From positions 22,304,001 through 22,368,000 of the forward strand of contig CP068257.2 in NCBI GenBank assembly GCA_009914755.4: a stretch of 64,000 nucleotides of DNA, in the 5' to 3' direction. Below are positions 40,243 through 54,987 of this stretch, piece after piece. Source of the stretch: the human T2T-CHM13v2.0 reference genome, Homo sapiens. The position numbers and the translations under genes are program-made. Under the pieces are notes generated by a model. That model had not been told where the DNA came from, did not search any database, and was given only the letters and a program-made list of their open reading frames with translations. Within the stretch, counting starts at the first letter, position 1, and the number at the start of each line of letters is the position of its first letter.

Positions 40243-42019
40243 TTATATGGTTTGGCTTTGTCCCCACCAAAGTCTCAACTTGAATTGTAACTCCCATAAT
40301 TCCCACGTGTTGTGGGAGGGATCAAGTGGGAGGTATTGAATCATGGGGGTGGTTTCCCCTATACTGTTCTCATGGTAGTGAATCAGTCTCATGAGAGCTG
40401 ATGATTTTATAAGGGATTTCCCCTTTTGCTTGGCTTTCATTATCTCTTGACTGCAGCCATCCATGTAAGTTGTGACTTTGCTCCTCCTTGCCTTCTGCTG
40501 TGATTCTGAGGCCTCCCCAGACATGTGGAACTGTGAGTCAATTAAATCTCTTTCCTTTATAAATTACCCCGTCTCAGGTATGTCTTTATCAGCAGTGTGA
40601 AAATGGACTAATACAGTAAATTGGACTGGTAAAGTGGGGTGCGCCATAAAGATACCCAAAAATATGAAAGCGACTTTGGAATTGGGTAATAGGCAAAGGT
40701 TGGAACAGTTTGGAGGGCTCAGAAGAAGATAGGAAAATGTGGGAAAGTTTGGAACTTCTTAGAAACTTTCATGGCTTTGACCAAAATGCTGATAGTAATA
40801 TCGATAATAAAGTCCAGGCTGAGGTGGTCTCAGATTGAGATGAGGAACTGGTTGGGAACTGAAACAAAGGTGACTCTTGCTGTTTTAGCAAAGAGACTGA
40901 CAGCATTTTGCCCCTGCCGTAGAGATTTGTGGAACTTTGAACTTGAGGGAGATGATTTAGGGTATCTGGCAGAAGAAATTTCTAAGCAGTAAAGCAATCA
41001 AGAGGTGACTTGAGTACTCTTAAAAGCATTCAGTTTTATGCATTCACAGACAGATGGTTTGGAATTGGAATTGGAACTTATGTTTAAAAGGGAAGCAGAG
41101 CATTCTGCTTTCACAGGCTGGCACTGAGTGACTGTAGCTTTTTCAGGTGCATGGGGCAAGCTATCAGCATTAACTCAAAAGTCCACAGTCCAAAGTCTCA
41201 TCTGAGACAAGGCAAGTCCCTTCTGCCTATAAGCCTGTAAACTCAATTGCAAGTTAGTTAATTCCTAGATACAATGTGGGTATAGGCATTGGGTAAATAC
41301 AACCATTCCAAATGGGAAAAATTGGCCATAAAAAATGAGATACAGGTCCCATGCAAGTCTGAAATCCAGTGAGGCAGTCAAATCTTAAAGCTCCAAAATG
41401 ATCTTCTTTGACTCCAAGTCTCACATCCAGGTCATGGTGGATTGTATTTAGGAAGTATCTAGGAAGTAACTAACTTGCAATTGATTTTACAGGCTCATAG
41501 GCAGAAGGGAATTGCCTTGTCTCAGATGAGACTTTGGACTGTGGACTTTTGAGTTAATGCTGAAATGAGTTAAAACTTTGGGGTACTGTTGGGAAGGCAT
41601 GATTGGTTTTGAAATGTGAGGACATGAGATTTGGGAGGGGCCAGGGGGAGAATAGTATGGTTTGACTCTGTCCCCACCCAAATCTCACCTTAAATTTTAG
41701 CTCCCATAATTCTCATGTGTTATGGGAGGAACCTAGTGGGAGATAATTGAATCATAGGTGCCGTTTCCCCCATACTGTTCTTGTGGTAAGTCTCATGAGA
41801 TCTGATGATTTTACAAGGGTATCCCCTTTCTGCATGGCTCCCATTCTCTCTTGACTGCTGCCATCCATGGAAGATATGACTTTGCTCCTCCTTTCCTCCT
41901 CCTATGATTGTGAGGCCTCCCCAGCCTTGTGGAACTGTGAGTCAATCAAACCTCTTTTCTTTATACATTACCAAGTCTTGGGTATGTCTTTATCAGCAGT
42001 GTGAAAACGGATTAATACA
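40243..42019 (+). mobile_element. THE1-family (ERVL-MaLR) full element: 5' LTR 40243-40615, internal 40616-41652, 3' LTR 41653-42019
   Basis: LTRs begin tatatggtttggctttgtccccaccaaagtctcaacttgaattgtaactcccataattcccacgtgttgtgggagggatcaagtgggaggtattgaatcatggggg and end ...ggtatgtctttatcagcagtgtgaaaatggactaataca. The second LTR is tagtatggtttgactctgtccccacccaaatctcacc ... gattaataca. Internal sequence is shared with the 57-59 kb element. Confidence 0.85.
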
Positions 42020-42291
42020 CTTGTCTACAGTTTCTGTAGCTTAAGTATCAGCGGTGGGGTCTGAGACCTGGGTTTTTGCTATTTACAGGCCTTCCCAGAG
42101 ATGGGAATAAATAGGAATCCAAGGTGAAAAAAAAAATGCCTTCCACGTTTCTCTAAATTGCTTTTGTAATTTCTTCATATGATGAGGTCTCTCTTTCCCT
42201 CACTCTGGCAATTCATAACTCTTCTATTGGCTCCTCAGTCAAAACAGACATAATGAGAGTTCCATTTGCCATTAGTTATTCAGAAGAATAA

Positions 42292-42617
<326 letters not shown>

Positions 42618-42968
42618 TGAACATTTTTAAATTTATCAATCATCATCACTCAGTTATGATAAGTGCTAAGTGTACAAATAATAACCTGGATAGTAACTTG
42701 AGGACACAACTTGAAAAGGTCATGTTACTAATGAATAACTCCATTGGCTAGAGAGATCACTGTCAGGTTAAAAGTTTCAGAAGTATATGTGAATAGTAGT
42801 GTCCATAAAATGCAAATGTATGTAGCTAAATGATTTTAGGAATTTCCTGTATTCTCTCAACTCAGTGGTTTTTATCTGGAAATGAATACAATTAATGTTC
42901 TTGCAAAGGTAATATAAAAGTGCAAAATGAAGTAAAAACTGTAAAAAGCACTTTGCACTAACTCCTTC

Positions 42969-42971
<3 letters not shown>

Positions 42972-43005
<34 letters not shown>

Positions 43006-43289
43006 AGACGGAGTCTCGCTCTGTCGCCCACGCTGGAGTGCAGTGGCGCGATCTCGGCTCACTGCAAGCTCTGCCTCCCGAGTTCACACCATTCTCCTGC
43101 CTCAGCCTTCTGAGTAGCTGGGACTACAGGCACCCGCCACCAGATCTGGATAATTTTTTTTGTATTTTTTAGTAGAGACAGGGTTTCACAGTGTTAGCCA
43201 GGATGGTCTCCATCTCCTGACCTCGTGATCCGCCTGCCTCGGCCTCCCAAAGTGCTGGGATTACAGGCGTGAGCCACCGCACCTGACCT
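42972..43289 (-). mobile_element. AluY SINE, antisense, with an unusually long pure poly-T (43 nt)
   Basis: T43 then gagacggagtctcgctctgtcgcccacgctggagtgcagtggcgcgatctcggctcactgcaagc ... gcgtgagccaccgcacctgacc. Confidence 0.9.
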
Positions 43290-46271
43290 GAAATATTTCT
43301 AAATATCACAGAAAAAGAAATGTCCAGTGATAATCTAATATATGGTGCTTAGACAGAAAATAAAAGGCACTCACTGGATTACATTTTTCTAAGCAATTTT
43401 AGAAGAGTATCGTTATGTATTTTTTCTAGTATTTTAAAATACATGTTTTTACTACAACATTTTTGCAAGAGGCAAGTGTGTATTGGCCCTGTAAAGACTG
43501 TGGAAAATTATTTCAGTGTGATTCACTATGAAAATACTAAATCAGCATTACTAGCAGGGGTGCTCCATCAATGGTGCACAAGAGAATGGCTAAGTATTGA
43601 TTTTCTTCCCCGACAGGGGTCCCAACCTCATTTTACCAATATGCCTGAAGTTCTCCCTTCTGTTTTCTAGTTTGTTCTGCCAAGTTCCATAAAATTGTAT
43701 TCCATCATATTTGTTCGCTATTACTTCCTTAAATATTTCTATCAGAAAGTCCGTATAGCTTTAGGACATGAGCTTTGGCAATATAAACGTGGTTCAAATT
43801 TTAGCTCCATTTCCACTCTTTACTGGTTTGCAACCTGTTGAAGTTACTTAAACTCTCCGAACTTCAACTGCCTCATCTGTGAAATGGGAGTAATCAAAAT
43901 TTACTCATAGAACTTTGTTAGGATAATAAAAGAAAAGAAAAATGCAAAGGGTGCTGCCCATTGCCTGCCACATGCTAATTATATAATCTAATAAATGTTG
44001 TCTTCATTGTTACTCTAATTATGACTACCATAAAATTAGTAGTTTTGCATCATATAAAACTACAGAATCTACAATTAGTTGTGCAAATATTCTACTTCAG
44101 ACTAGAAGTAAATATACAGAAAATTTCTTTTTCAGTTTAACAATTCAAATGTTAAAAATAACTTTAAAAATCAGAAAAGGAAAATTTACATTTGTGAATT
44201 CAATTATGTTCCAAAAACAATAGCTATATATGTTTATCTCAGTGGAATTACTTGTGTATATTTGTACTTTTCCAAGTCATGTACTCCGTTAAAATATTTT
44301 GTCCGAGGAAAATGATGGTCTGCAACAGGTGCAATGTCTATTCAACATCATCTATAGTCCAGTCTCTTCTATGCTGTAAATGGATCATGAGCAGACAGAT
44401 GACAGTGGTAGATAAATTGTGTTTCAATACGTAGTTTCTTTCACATCTCTGGAAGAGCTACTATATAATAATTTTACTACCACCTAACTAAAGGTGTTTG
44501 CTCTTATATTTAGAGCACTCACAAATGAAAATGTCCTGAACCTGACCACGTGGATACAATAAATTCAACTAAAATATTCTATATTAGAATATATAATAGG
44601 TAAATCATTTTAACCTTCCAAGAATTCAAACAACATTGTTTTATAAAAAGTATTATCTCTTGCTTATAGGAGAGGTATTCTCATGATAAATACTAAATTA
44701 GTATATAGATATTATAGAATTATTTCATCAATGTACGATAAAGTGTATTCAAATTTGAGTTCTCAAAAGACTTTTCAATTGCAATCCTTCATTGTGAATC
44801 CAGTCTTTCTTGGCCAGAAATATCAGCACTGTAATTAAAACATACGTTTTAGTTAAATGGATATCTGAGGCTTCGAGAGAGAATATATTTCAAAGTTAAG
44901 TAAGGAGATTTAATTATTTTTAAAAAGGCAATAATAACAAATTCGCCATAGCTATAGCTTATTCATATGTACGAGTGTGTATTGTTTGTTGAAATCTGTA
45001 TGAAAAATGGTTTCATGAATATGCTTTAGGAAATTAAACATTTTAGTTGACATATAATAGTCTAAGAATATTATAAAGTGATTATAAATCTGTAAATCAA
45101 TGGAAACATTTACGTTATTTTGACAAATAGTATAAATATTAAAACTTTGTAGGGCTTAATCAGATAATATTCAATATCATAATGAAGTTCAGTTCATCAA
45201 TTCAGACTCTATTGCAATATATGAAGTATTCAAAAGAGAAGAGAACCCCAGAATTAGTTGTATTTTAGTTTTGTATTTTCATGTTTATATGAAATATGGG
45301 GGCTTAAAATTTTATTGAATTTAGAAAAGTTCAAATGGTCAATTTTTGAAGACTTAAATCAGAACTCTACAAAATTATATTGCTTTCATCTTCCTTGATC
45401 TCTGGCTCAACTGAGTGGTTAAAAGCATCACCTTGCAAGTGGATTCAGCACATACCTGAGTTAATCTTTATACATTTACTCTCTACAGGAATAGCACATC
45501 CTAATTTTTCTGCAAAAGTGGAGTGTATATGACAGTAGGGTTGGGGGCGGGGATGAATAAATGTTTATAAAAGTACACTGAAATTTCATTTTTGCTAGAT
45601 GATTTCTATCTGATGAAAGATTTCTACAAGAAATAGCATACCTAAAAAATTATTTTGGAAGCAAACATCAGTAGTTTCATTTGTATGTATTTCTTTTCAT
45701 TCACATAAAAGACTTTTAATGTTCCTGAGCATGGCTTTGTAATCAAAACTCTTACCATACAGAAAATGCTGTAGATTGGATCCAGAATAAGCATAAACAA
45801 ATATACTAAAGACTTACGTAAAATGAAGTTGTTTGAAAAAAAATTAATACACCTGAAGGAAAAAGTGTTCTATTTCACATTTAAGTTCTGCTTATGGGAA
45901 ATAAAATTGTTGATCTATTGCTATATGGTTCCTTAAAATTAATTGCACCTGTTACCAATTATTTGTCATTTCACAAATGTCAACATATAAAGAATATGGT
46001 TACAAAATGTTGGAGATGCCAACAAATTTGAGTTACAGCACAAAGGGCCCAGAAACACGATTTTGAATACGAAATACTGTCTTACACTAAATTAGATCTT
46101 GCTTACTGTAATTTAAATTTGTCCTGTTTCTCCCCAGTGACCTAAACTTAGCTCTTTTGCTACACATTTCTATGTTGCTTATAGAAAATTTATCGCATAT
46201 TTTTTGTTATTTTTAATTGTTATCCTGTCTGAATGTAGTGTCTGGAGTGAACAAAAGACCATTTTCACATT

Positions 46272-46566
46272 GGTTTGTTTTTTGAGACGGGGTCTCACTC
46301 TTACCCAGGCTGGAGTGCAGTGGCATGATCTTGGCTCACTGCAACCTCTGCCTCCTGGTACTCGAGCAATCCTTCCACCTCAGCCTTGTGGGTAGCTGGG
46401 ACTACAGGTGCTTGCCACCATGCCCAGCTAATTTTTTGTGTTTTCTGGTGGAGACAGGGTTTCACCATGTTGCCCATGCTGGTCTCAAACTCCTGAACTC
46501 AAGTGATCTTTCTACCTTGGCCTCCCAAAGTGCTGCTATTACAGGCATTAGCCACCACGTACAGCC
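46272..46566 (-). mobile_element. Alu SINE (older subfamily), antisense
   Basis: ggtttgttttttgagacggggtctcactcttacccaggctggagtgcagtggcatgatcttggctcactgcaacc ... ggcattagccaccacgtacagcc. Confidence 0.88.
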
Positions 46567-46640
46567 TCATTTTCACATTTTAAATATTCAACAATAAAAA
46601 CATAATATCAACTTTTATTTAAATTTGCCATACTGACTTA

Positions 46641-46844
<204 letters not shown>

Positions 46845-48457
46845 TTAAACAGAAAAGAAAATAAATTACCTTCCCTCAATTATAGAAGTAGGATTTCTGA
46901 ACTATGTATTTAGGAACTGCTACATGTTGATATTTCTTGCAGGAGTAAGACAATGTTCAAAATCTGGGAAAGTCAAATGTAGTTAGCAGCTTGTAATAGT
47001 GACTAAACTTTCATACAATTCTGAGTGTAAAGGCAGAAAGGGCTTTAGATTTTATGTCAATATGTTAAGGTATAGAGTGAGTATAATCTCTAACATTTAT
47101 TCATTTAAATTTAACTATTTTAACACACATGCACACACACACACAATTCAGTAAACACATACTAGAAAATTAGAAATGGAAAGAAAAGATGGATTAGATA
47201 AAGTAATAAACTATATACTATCAATAAATGTGAGAAACATTAAAAGTGAATGATCAAGTATGTGGGTTATTGTATAAGGAGGGGTCTGGCTGAGGCTCCT
47301 GTTTTGCAGTTTGAGTGACTGGGAAACAGTGATATCTCTATTATGATTATTAGACCAAGGTAATGGAAAAATATCTGCAGACTGAGTACAATTAAGAGAT
47401 TTTACCTCTTTCAGCTCTCACAAGATATTCCAGTGATCAAAAGCAACAATAGATACAGTCCTTTGTCTATGTTCAGTGTTAATAAAATGACCAGATTTTT
47501 GTTCATCCAATGTTGGAGGTTGCAGGCTGAATTTTGCATTAGGAAGATTATTGAGAGGAAGAAAAAGGGACAGTCTTTTCATTTTTCAAAAGTAAGAAAA
47601 AATGATGAAGGCTGAGAAATCTTGAACCAAGTTGTCCTACTACACCAAACGGTCCCCAGGTATACACTTCTTTGAATTAGAATATTTCAGTGAATATAGA
47701 AGTAAAATGTGTGATTTTCTCCAGGCACAATACTTGCTCCAGAGAATAGAGTTGGGCTAGAAAGATATAAATCAACTTGGTTGTCTGTGAAATACATTTC
47801 TGCATAAATTATCACCAACTAAAAGCTTAGCCATAATTTGTCACAATTCCATTTGGAGGAATTCAGAATTTGCCTTGATTGTTTATATATAGTTTTATAT
47901 ATAATTATGCTATATTTGTCACGGCTAAGAAATCAGAATTGATACATTACTCTAAACTAAACATGATGCTATATTCAAATTTTCCTAGCTTTTCCACCAA
48001 TATTTTTTCCTGTTCCATTATTCATTCCAGGATATCACATTGCATTTATTTTTTCATGTCCCCTTTGTCTCCTGTGGTCTGTGATCGTTTCTCTGTGTTT
48101 TCTTTCTTCTTTTTGACTACCTTGACAAGTTTTGAAGACTAATGGACAGATGTGTCGTTCCTTACCTTGGACTTAACTGATGGCTTTCTCATTTTTAGAC
48201 AAGAGTTATGGATTTGGAGGGAAGAATACCATGGAGATCAGTGTCCTTCTTCCCACATCTATCAGTAGGTATGTGGCATCAACATGATGTTATTAGTGAT
48301 GTCAGCCTTGAACATTTGGTTTAGATACTGTCTGCCAGATTTCTCCAAATAAAGTTAAATTTTTATCCTTTCCACATCATATTTTTTGATACGAAAATCA
48401 TTATGTCTTGCTGAAATTCAAGGGTGAAAATTTAGCCCCACCTCCTGGAGTGGGAGT

Positions 48458-48530
48458 ATCTATCTATCGATCATCTATCATCTATTCATCTATTTATTTA
48501 TCTATTATCTATCTATCTACTTATCTATCT
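48458..48530. repeat. (TCTA)n/(ATCT)n imperfect tetranucleotide microsatellite
   Basis: tctatctatcgatcatctatcatctattcatctatttatttatctattatctatctatctacttatctatc. Confidence 0.8.
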
Positions 48531-48734
48531 TAGTTTTATCAGGCTGTCATAACGAAATAGCACAGATTGTGTGTCTTAAACCACATAAATTAGTTTTATC
48601 ACAGTTCTGGATGCTGGGAGTCCCAGATCAATGTGCACGCAGGTTCAGTCTTCCCTGAGGCCTCCCTTCCTGGCCTGCAGATGGCTGCCCTCTGGCTGTC
48701 TCTTCTGAGGGTTGTCCCTCTGTGTGCAAGCACT

Positions 48735-48738
<4 letters not shown>

Positions 48739-48770
<32 letters not shown>
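48739..48770. repeat. (CT)n dinucleotide microsatellite, about 15 units
   Basis: tctctctctctctctctctctctctctctc. Confidence 0.85.
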
Positions 48771-48772
<2 letters not shown>

Positions 48773-51548
48773 AATCTCTTCTTTTTAAAAGGATACTAGT
48801 CAGATTGAATTAAAGCCCACCCTAATGGCCTCACTTTAACTTAATCACCTTTGTAGAAAGAAGCCCTATCTCAAAATATAGTCACATCTGGGGTAATGGG
48901 ATTACGGCTTGAGCACATGAATTTTTGGAAATCTCAATACAGTCCATAATATGATCTTTCAATTAGCTGTAATTCTTCTGTAAGAAAGAGTTTCTCCTTC
49001 TCCTCTACTTATTCATCATTTATTTACATTAGCATGGACTCAATTATTTTACACTTTGGGTTATAGTTCAATGCTACATTATTTATCTTGTTGATCACAT
49101 TTTTTCCAGCTTCAGATGTCAGGGGTGTGTCCACATTGGCCCTGGGGTTCCCTTGACAAGCCTGCATCTTTTCCAAAAAATGTGTTGAGCACTTCTTTAC
49201 TTTCTGATACTTGAATTGGTGATTTCTTCATATCAACTTGCGCTACTCCAAATACTGAACAGTGAAAGAAGTAATGTATGTTAATTATACACATGTTTCA
49301 TTGACCAAAGCCAGTCACATTCCTTCAAGGAATGTGATATGATGGAAGGTTAAGCAAGTATGATGGAGGACTAAGGTAGCTATTCATGTTTCTGAGATAA
49401 AAGAAACACAATTATAAATATATTGTACTGAGAAATATGAATTCTATTTTTGTTTGTTTTTCTTCTGGTTACTTTTTAATATTTGTAACTTCTTTGAGGC
49501 AACAATGTTCTTACTTTTTAAAGAACATTTTTTAATGAGTTTTCCAAATGACCTTTAACGTAATAATTATTTGATTATTTACCTTTTAAAAACTTCATTT
49601 TAGTTTTTACTATCTTTGCCAAGGTTTTGGGGCAGTTGCTTGCAACTAAAACAAGAATTGTGAATAGCTTTAGATAATGGTTTTGAAAACATGTCTAGAA
49701 TATATGAATCGATTGCTAACTGACAGCAAAGATTATGGTTCTCAATAATAGTATCATAAAAATTAAGATAAAGGTTGAATCATTTTTATGGTTCCATGAA
49801 TTAAAATTATACTGGAATGATAGGAGACATACATCATTAGTGACTTTGCCATGAACAGAGTTTTAGCATTAAGATGTTAATAGGAATTATGTAGAGGAAA
49901 AGAAGGCTTTGTGGTCAAATAAGTGGGAAATTCTAGGTAAAATGAAGTAAGCAAGTTTATTTACTGTTGGATTTCTCAAGACTTCCATTAAACTAAATGT
50001 GTTTTATGCATTTTATGAAAAACATTTGTATACAATATTTGCCAAAGTATTTGAATGTATGGTTAGTCTTCATCCAGAAAAAGCAAAACCAAAAACAAAG
50101 GTTTATAATATAGGGAGTATATTTCGTAGGTCACCCCAGAGAACAGGAATTGGGAACAGAGAATGAAAAAAATAAAATACAAAGTTTAGTTATCAAGTTG
50201 GTTACTAATATGGTTGGCTAATGTTGATCTCACCTGTGACCTTTTAAGAAATAATATTAAATGTATCTTAGAACTGACTGCTAGCAGCATGAAACAAGAA
50301 AGATTTGTCCACCAATATATATCCCTATTAGATCAATGATGACTCTATTGGGGTAACTCTTTTGAACAGCCGGGTTCACATATTTGGATGTCAGAGTGCT
50401 TCCTAAAAGCAGTCTCTATTTGTTATGTCAGATAAGTCCTTGGGTGAAAAATAGAGGTAGAAGGTCTAGGTCTAAGTGAAAACTGATAAGGTGCACCAGT
50501 GTAAAAATAGTTAAAGCCTACTCAGAATTGGTTGCTGAATCAAAGCTAAACATGATCAGATAAAAGTTAGAACACAGGGAATTGATACATTGAAGGACAT
50601 GTTCCCTGTGCAAACCTAGCACCCTGTAGGATGAAGGTCACCACTTTTGGAAAATCTAATTTCAATAATCTGTAGTAAAATATATATTCTTTGGAGAAAG
50701 CTGTAGGAGAATACGCTTTGAGAGTCAACTTAATTTTCTCATGATGGTTAAATTTATTTAAGTAAATCTTATAATTAACACACCATGTAAGTAAAAACAC
50801 TAATAAAACATAATGAAAATATTGTTAATAATAATCATAACTTTAAAAAATGTTATTAAGGACAGTATATTGAATACCTTCATCTTTACTCAAATTTAGA
50901 AATATTTTTTCATATATTTAAATGTGATACTAATGATGAATGATCAAGATGAGTTAATGAAGCAAATAAGTCTTACAAAAATATATAATGAATCTCAGTA
51001 ATGATGAATCTTCATAGAATTTGCAAGAATAAAAAGATATAAATAAAGTTCTAATTTGGCCTCTGGATGCAGTGAATTGTCATAAACTTTAACGGAGCCA
51101 TTGCATTATAAAATGACAAAATATTAGTTCTTTAAATGTATGTGTATGTACATATGTATATATGTTTGTATGTAAATACATGTGTACATAGACACAAACA
51201 CACATTCATTTCTTAGAAATAAACTTATTTGCTATAAGCAAATTCTATAGTAACTTTTTGTTTACTCATTGAGAACACATTCATGATATATAATGGGAGT
51301 ATTATTACTTTCATAGGCGTAATATCTGTACCTCCATTAAAAGCAAAACTACAAAAAGCCATTTAACAATACAAGTTGTTGTTCACAATGATAAACATCT
51401 ATCAAGCAATCAGACTATCGAGGTTACTTCAAAAATATGAAAAAAGAAACATCAAAAAGGAAAAGCAATTTAGAAATGAAAGGGAATGAAAAGCTAAAAT
51501 ACTGAGTTCTAATCCCCTGGAATATGCAGGGGTTTGTGCCTTTATGGG

Positions 51549-51876
51549 TTTGTTGTTGTTGTTGTTGTTGTTGTTGTTTTTGCTTTTGTTTTTTTTGAGA
51601 TGGAGTCTCGCTCTGTCTCCCAGGCTGGAGTGCAGTGGCGCAATCTCAGCTCACTGCAACCTCCACCTACCAGGTTCAGCCATTCTCCTGCCTCAGCCTC
51701 CCGAGTAGCTGGGATTACAGGCACCTGCCACCACGCACAGCTAATTTTTTGTATTTTTAGTAGAGATGGGGTTTCCCCGTGTTAGCCAGGATGGTCTCGA
51801 TCTCCTGACCTCGTGATCCGCCCGCCTCAGCCTCCCAAAGTGCTGGGATTACAGGCGTGAGCCACCGCGCCTGGCC
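51549..51876 (-). mobile_element. Alu SINE, antisense; its tail has expanded into a (GTT)9 trinucleotide repeat
   Basis: gttgttgttgttgttgttgttgttgtttttgcttttgttttttttgagatggagtctcgctctgtctcccaggctggagtgcagtggcgcaatctcagctcactgcaacc ... gcgtgagccaccgcgcctggcc. Confidence 0.9.
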
Positions 51877-52924
51877 ACGAGTAAGTTTTATTGGCTTCCT
51901 GAACCCCTGTTTTCATAAACTAGATTTTGAAAAATACTGTATCTCTATTGAGCTGATGTAAATATTAAATGTGAAAGACATGCAAAATTTCCTAGCATAG
52001 AAAAGATATATTCCTGATCTTCAATGCATATTGTGTTTTATCCTGACAATAAAGATTACAGATACTGATATAAGTAAGCACACCAACATAAGGCATTTGA
52101 TAGTGCCTGACACAAAGTACAGACCCAATGTATTTTCTCTGAGTACATTTATGAATGAATGAACATACTCTTATGTATCCCCTAATGATTTCATCTAATT
52201 CCGTGATTGTGTCACCTAATGCAGGTTAACCTAGGTTATAAGAATATTTTCTACTCCATTGCTTGTGTCCATGGACACAAAGGGAAAAATTTACGTAGCA
52301 ATCATTTAGTTACTTTGACTTACCAAACAGTCCACATGGATTGGATAATTCTTCAACAAATAAGTAAATTGATATTACCCTAAAGCTAATGAAACATAAA
52401 CTATTTTTTTGAAACGTATCATCTACTTCAGGGTGCTTATAGAGTGTTCATCAGCTTCTCACTGTAAATAAATATATAATCTGTGTTGCTGGAGGATGAG
52501 ATTTCTATTGTAAAAAAGTTTGGAGAGGCATTCTGGGAAAATATATGGTGAAATCAATTGAAACATTCCCCAAACCTGGCCCCTTCTCCAAATCAAAATG
52601 GATAGTACAACTAGAGCAGCAAAACCAAAACCATAGAACATGTACAATAAAAACAGGTGACACATTGCTCCCTCAAACCTTTACGTATGAGTGGGGACTG
52701 ACAAACTAATGGCAACTAAATGGTTGGATGACTATTAAAATTATGCAGAAGATACAGAGGTAAACAACAACGTGTCTATCCACACCTGAGAAGCTCAGAA
52801 TGGCCAACAGATACTGTCTTGAAACCTCAGCAGAAAAATTTGAGAAGAGCGCTTGAAACTGGAGGGGAAGAGTATTTCTATATGCTACAGGATCAGGTGA
52901 AGGAAAAGAAAAAGTCTCATTTTA

Positions 52925-53222
52925 GCTAGGTGCGGTAGCTTGCCCCTGTAATCCCAGCACTTTGAGAGGCCGAGGTGGGAGGATTACCTGAGGTCAGGAG
53001 CTCAAGACCAGTCTGGCCAACACGGTGAAAACTTGTCTCTACTAAAAATACAAAAATTAGCTGAGTGTGGCGGTAGGCACCTGTAATCCCAGCCACTCAG
53101 GGGTCGGAGGCAGGAGAATTGCTTGAACCCAGGAGGCAGAGGTTTCAGTGAGCTGAGTTCATGCCACTGCACTCCAGACTGGATGACAGAGGAAGATCCT
53201 GTCTCAAAAAACAAAAAAAAAA
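52925..53222 (+). mobile_element. Alu SINE (AluS-like), sense
   Basis: ctaggtgcggtagcttgcccctgtaatcccagcactttgagaggccgaggtgggaggattacctgaggtcaggagctcaagaccagtctggccaacacggtgaaaac ... poly-A. Confidence 0.9.
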
Positions 53223-53741
53223 GTTTCATTTTTTAGATCAAGAAAGAATGGAATGCCAAACTCTCTTCCAGGACAAAGTCTGATACACAAGATAAACTTC
53301 TAAGGATGAAATTAAAATGGAGCAGAACACAATAAAATGAACATGATGAAGAGCTACAGGAATATACAGGAAGCAAGATTCTGAATGTTTTATCATTTCA
53401 TTAAGACAAACTAAGGGGTTTTCTTAAGATGTGAAGTCACTAAAGAAATTTTGAACCACTGCTCCTCTTTGTATGTACAGGAAAACCATTTTACATAAGA
53501 ACGAGTAACAGGAGTCAAGATAAATTTCATATGAAGCAATTATAACAGAAAAAAACACAATAACCTTCCTACAGACAACAAATGCATGCTAGAAAGACAT
53601 GCCAAAAACAGATGAGAACTGTGTTTCAAAACTGCCTAAAATAATTACACAAATATATATAAAAGGCATACCTTTACAACCCAGAAATGAGAGAACAGAA
53701 CTCAGAAAAACTAAAAATTACAGAAATGTCAAGGTCAGGCA

Positions 53742-54052
53742 TGTTGGCTCACACTTGTAATCCCAGCACTTTGGGTGGGAGGTGAAGGCAGGAGGACAGC
53801 TTGAGGTCAGGAGTTTGAGACCAGCTTGGGCTACATAGGAAGAACCCCATTTGTACAAAAAAAAAAAAAACAAACAAACAAATTAAAAATTAGCTAAGCA
53901 TAGTGGCATGCCCTTGTGGTCCAACATATTCTGGAGGCTGAGGTAGGAAGAAAGCTTGAGCCCAGGAGTTCAAGGCTGCAGTGAGTTATGATGACGCTAC
54001 TGTACTCCACCCTAGGCAACAGAGCAAGACCCTGTCTCAAAAACAAAAAAAT
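53742..54052 (+). mobile_element. AluJ SINE, sense
   Basis: ggtcaggcatgttggctcacacttgtaatcccagcactttgggtgggaggtgaaggcaggaggacagcttgaggtcaggagtttgagaccagcttgggctacatagg ... Confidence 0.88.
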
Positions 54053-54582
54053 TTAAAATCAGAATTGAAGACAAAAATAAAAGAAGAGATAAGAAAAAAG
54101 ACAACAAGGAATAAACAAATCAGATAATGCCCATGAGAAATGGCTAACGTGAAAAAATGTCCAAAAGAAATGGAGATAAGTGTGAAAATAAGTTGAGATC
54201 AACATAGAACCTAGTCAATGAAGATTCAGTCCATGTAAAATAGGTACTGCTGAAGAGCACCAAGGAAAGAGAAGAATATAAATGCTAAAAATGTTAACTA
54301 ACAAAAATTACCTTGAAAAGTAAAAGATCAGTCAGTAAAGGAAAATGTCAGTCAGTAGAAATTCATGAGGATTTATATTATATTTATATTTCCTAGCTTA
54401 GTCCGCTGGATATACCTAAAGCAATGGCCCATCCTAGTATCTAGATTAAGGTATCAGAATCTTGTTTCCACTAAGCCAAATGAATTGAAAAATTGTCTGC
54501 TTCAATGTGGATATAGATTGGCCACAGATGAAAAATGTTGACACTGAAGTGGGTAATAAGTGTAATAAATAAAGCCGCATCA

Positions 54583-54987
<405 letters not shown>

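Noticed and set aside
40771-40992. Conserved small ORF shared by both THE1 internal regions (MALTKMLIVISIIKSRLRWSQ.. at 40771-40992 and at 58632-58817)
   Set aside because: The conservation simply reflects both being copies of the same THE1 internal sequence. There is no known protein, and the neighbouring frames are broken.
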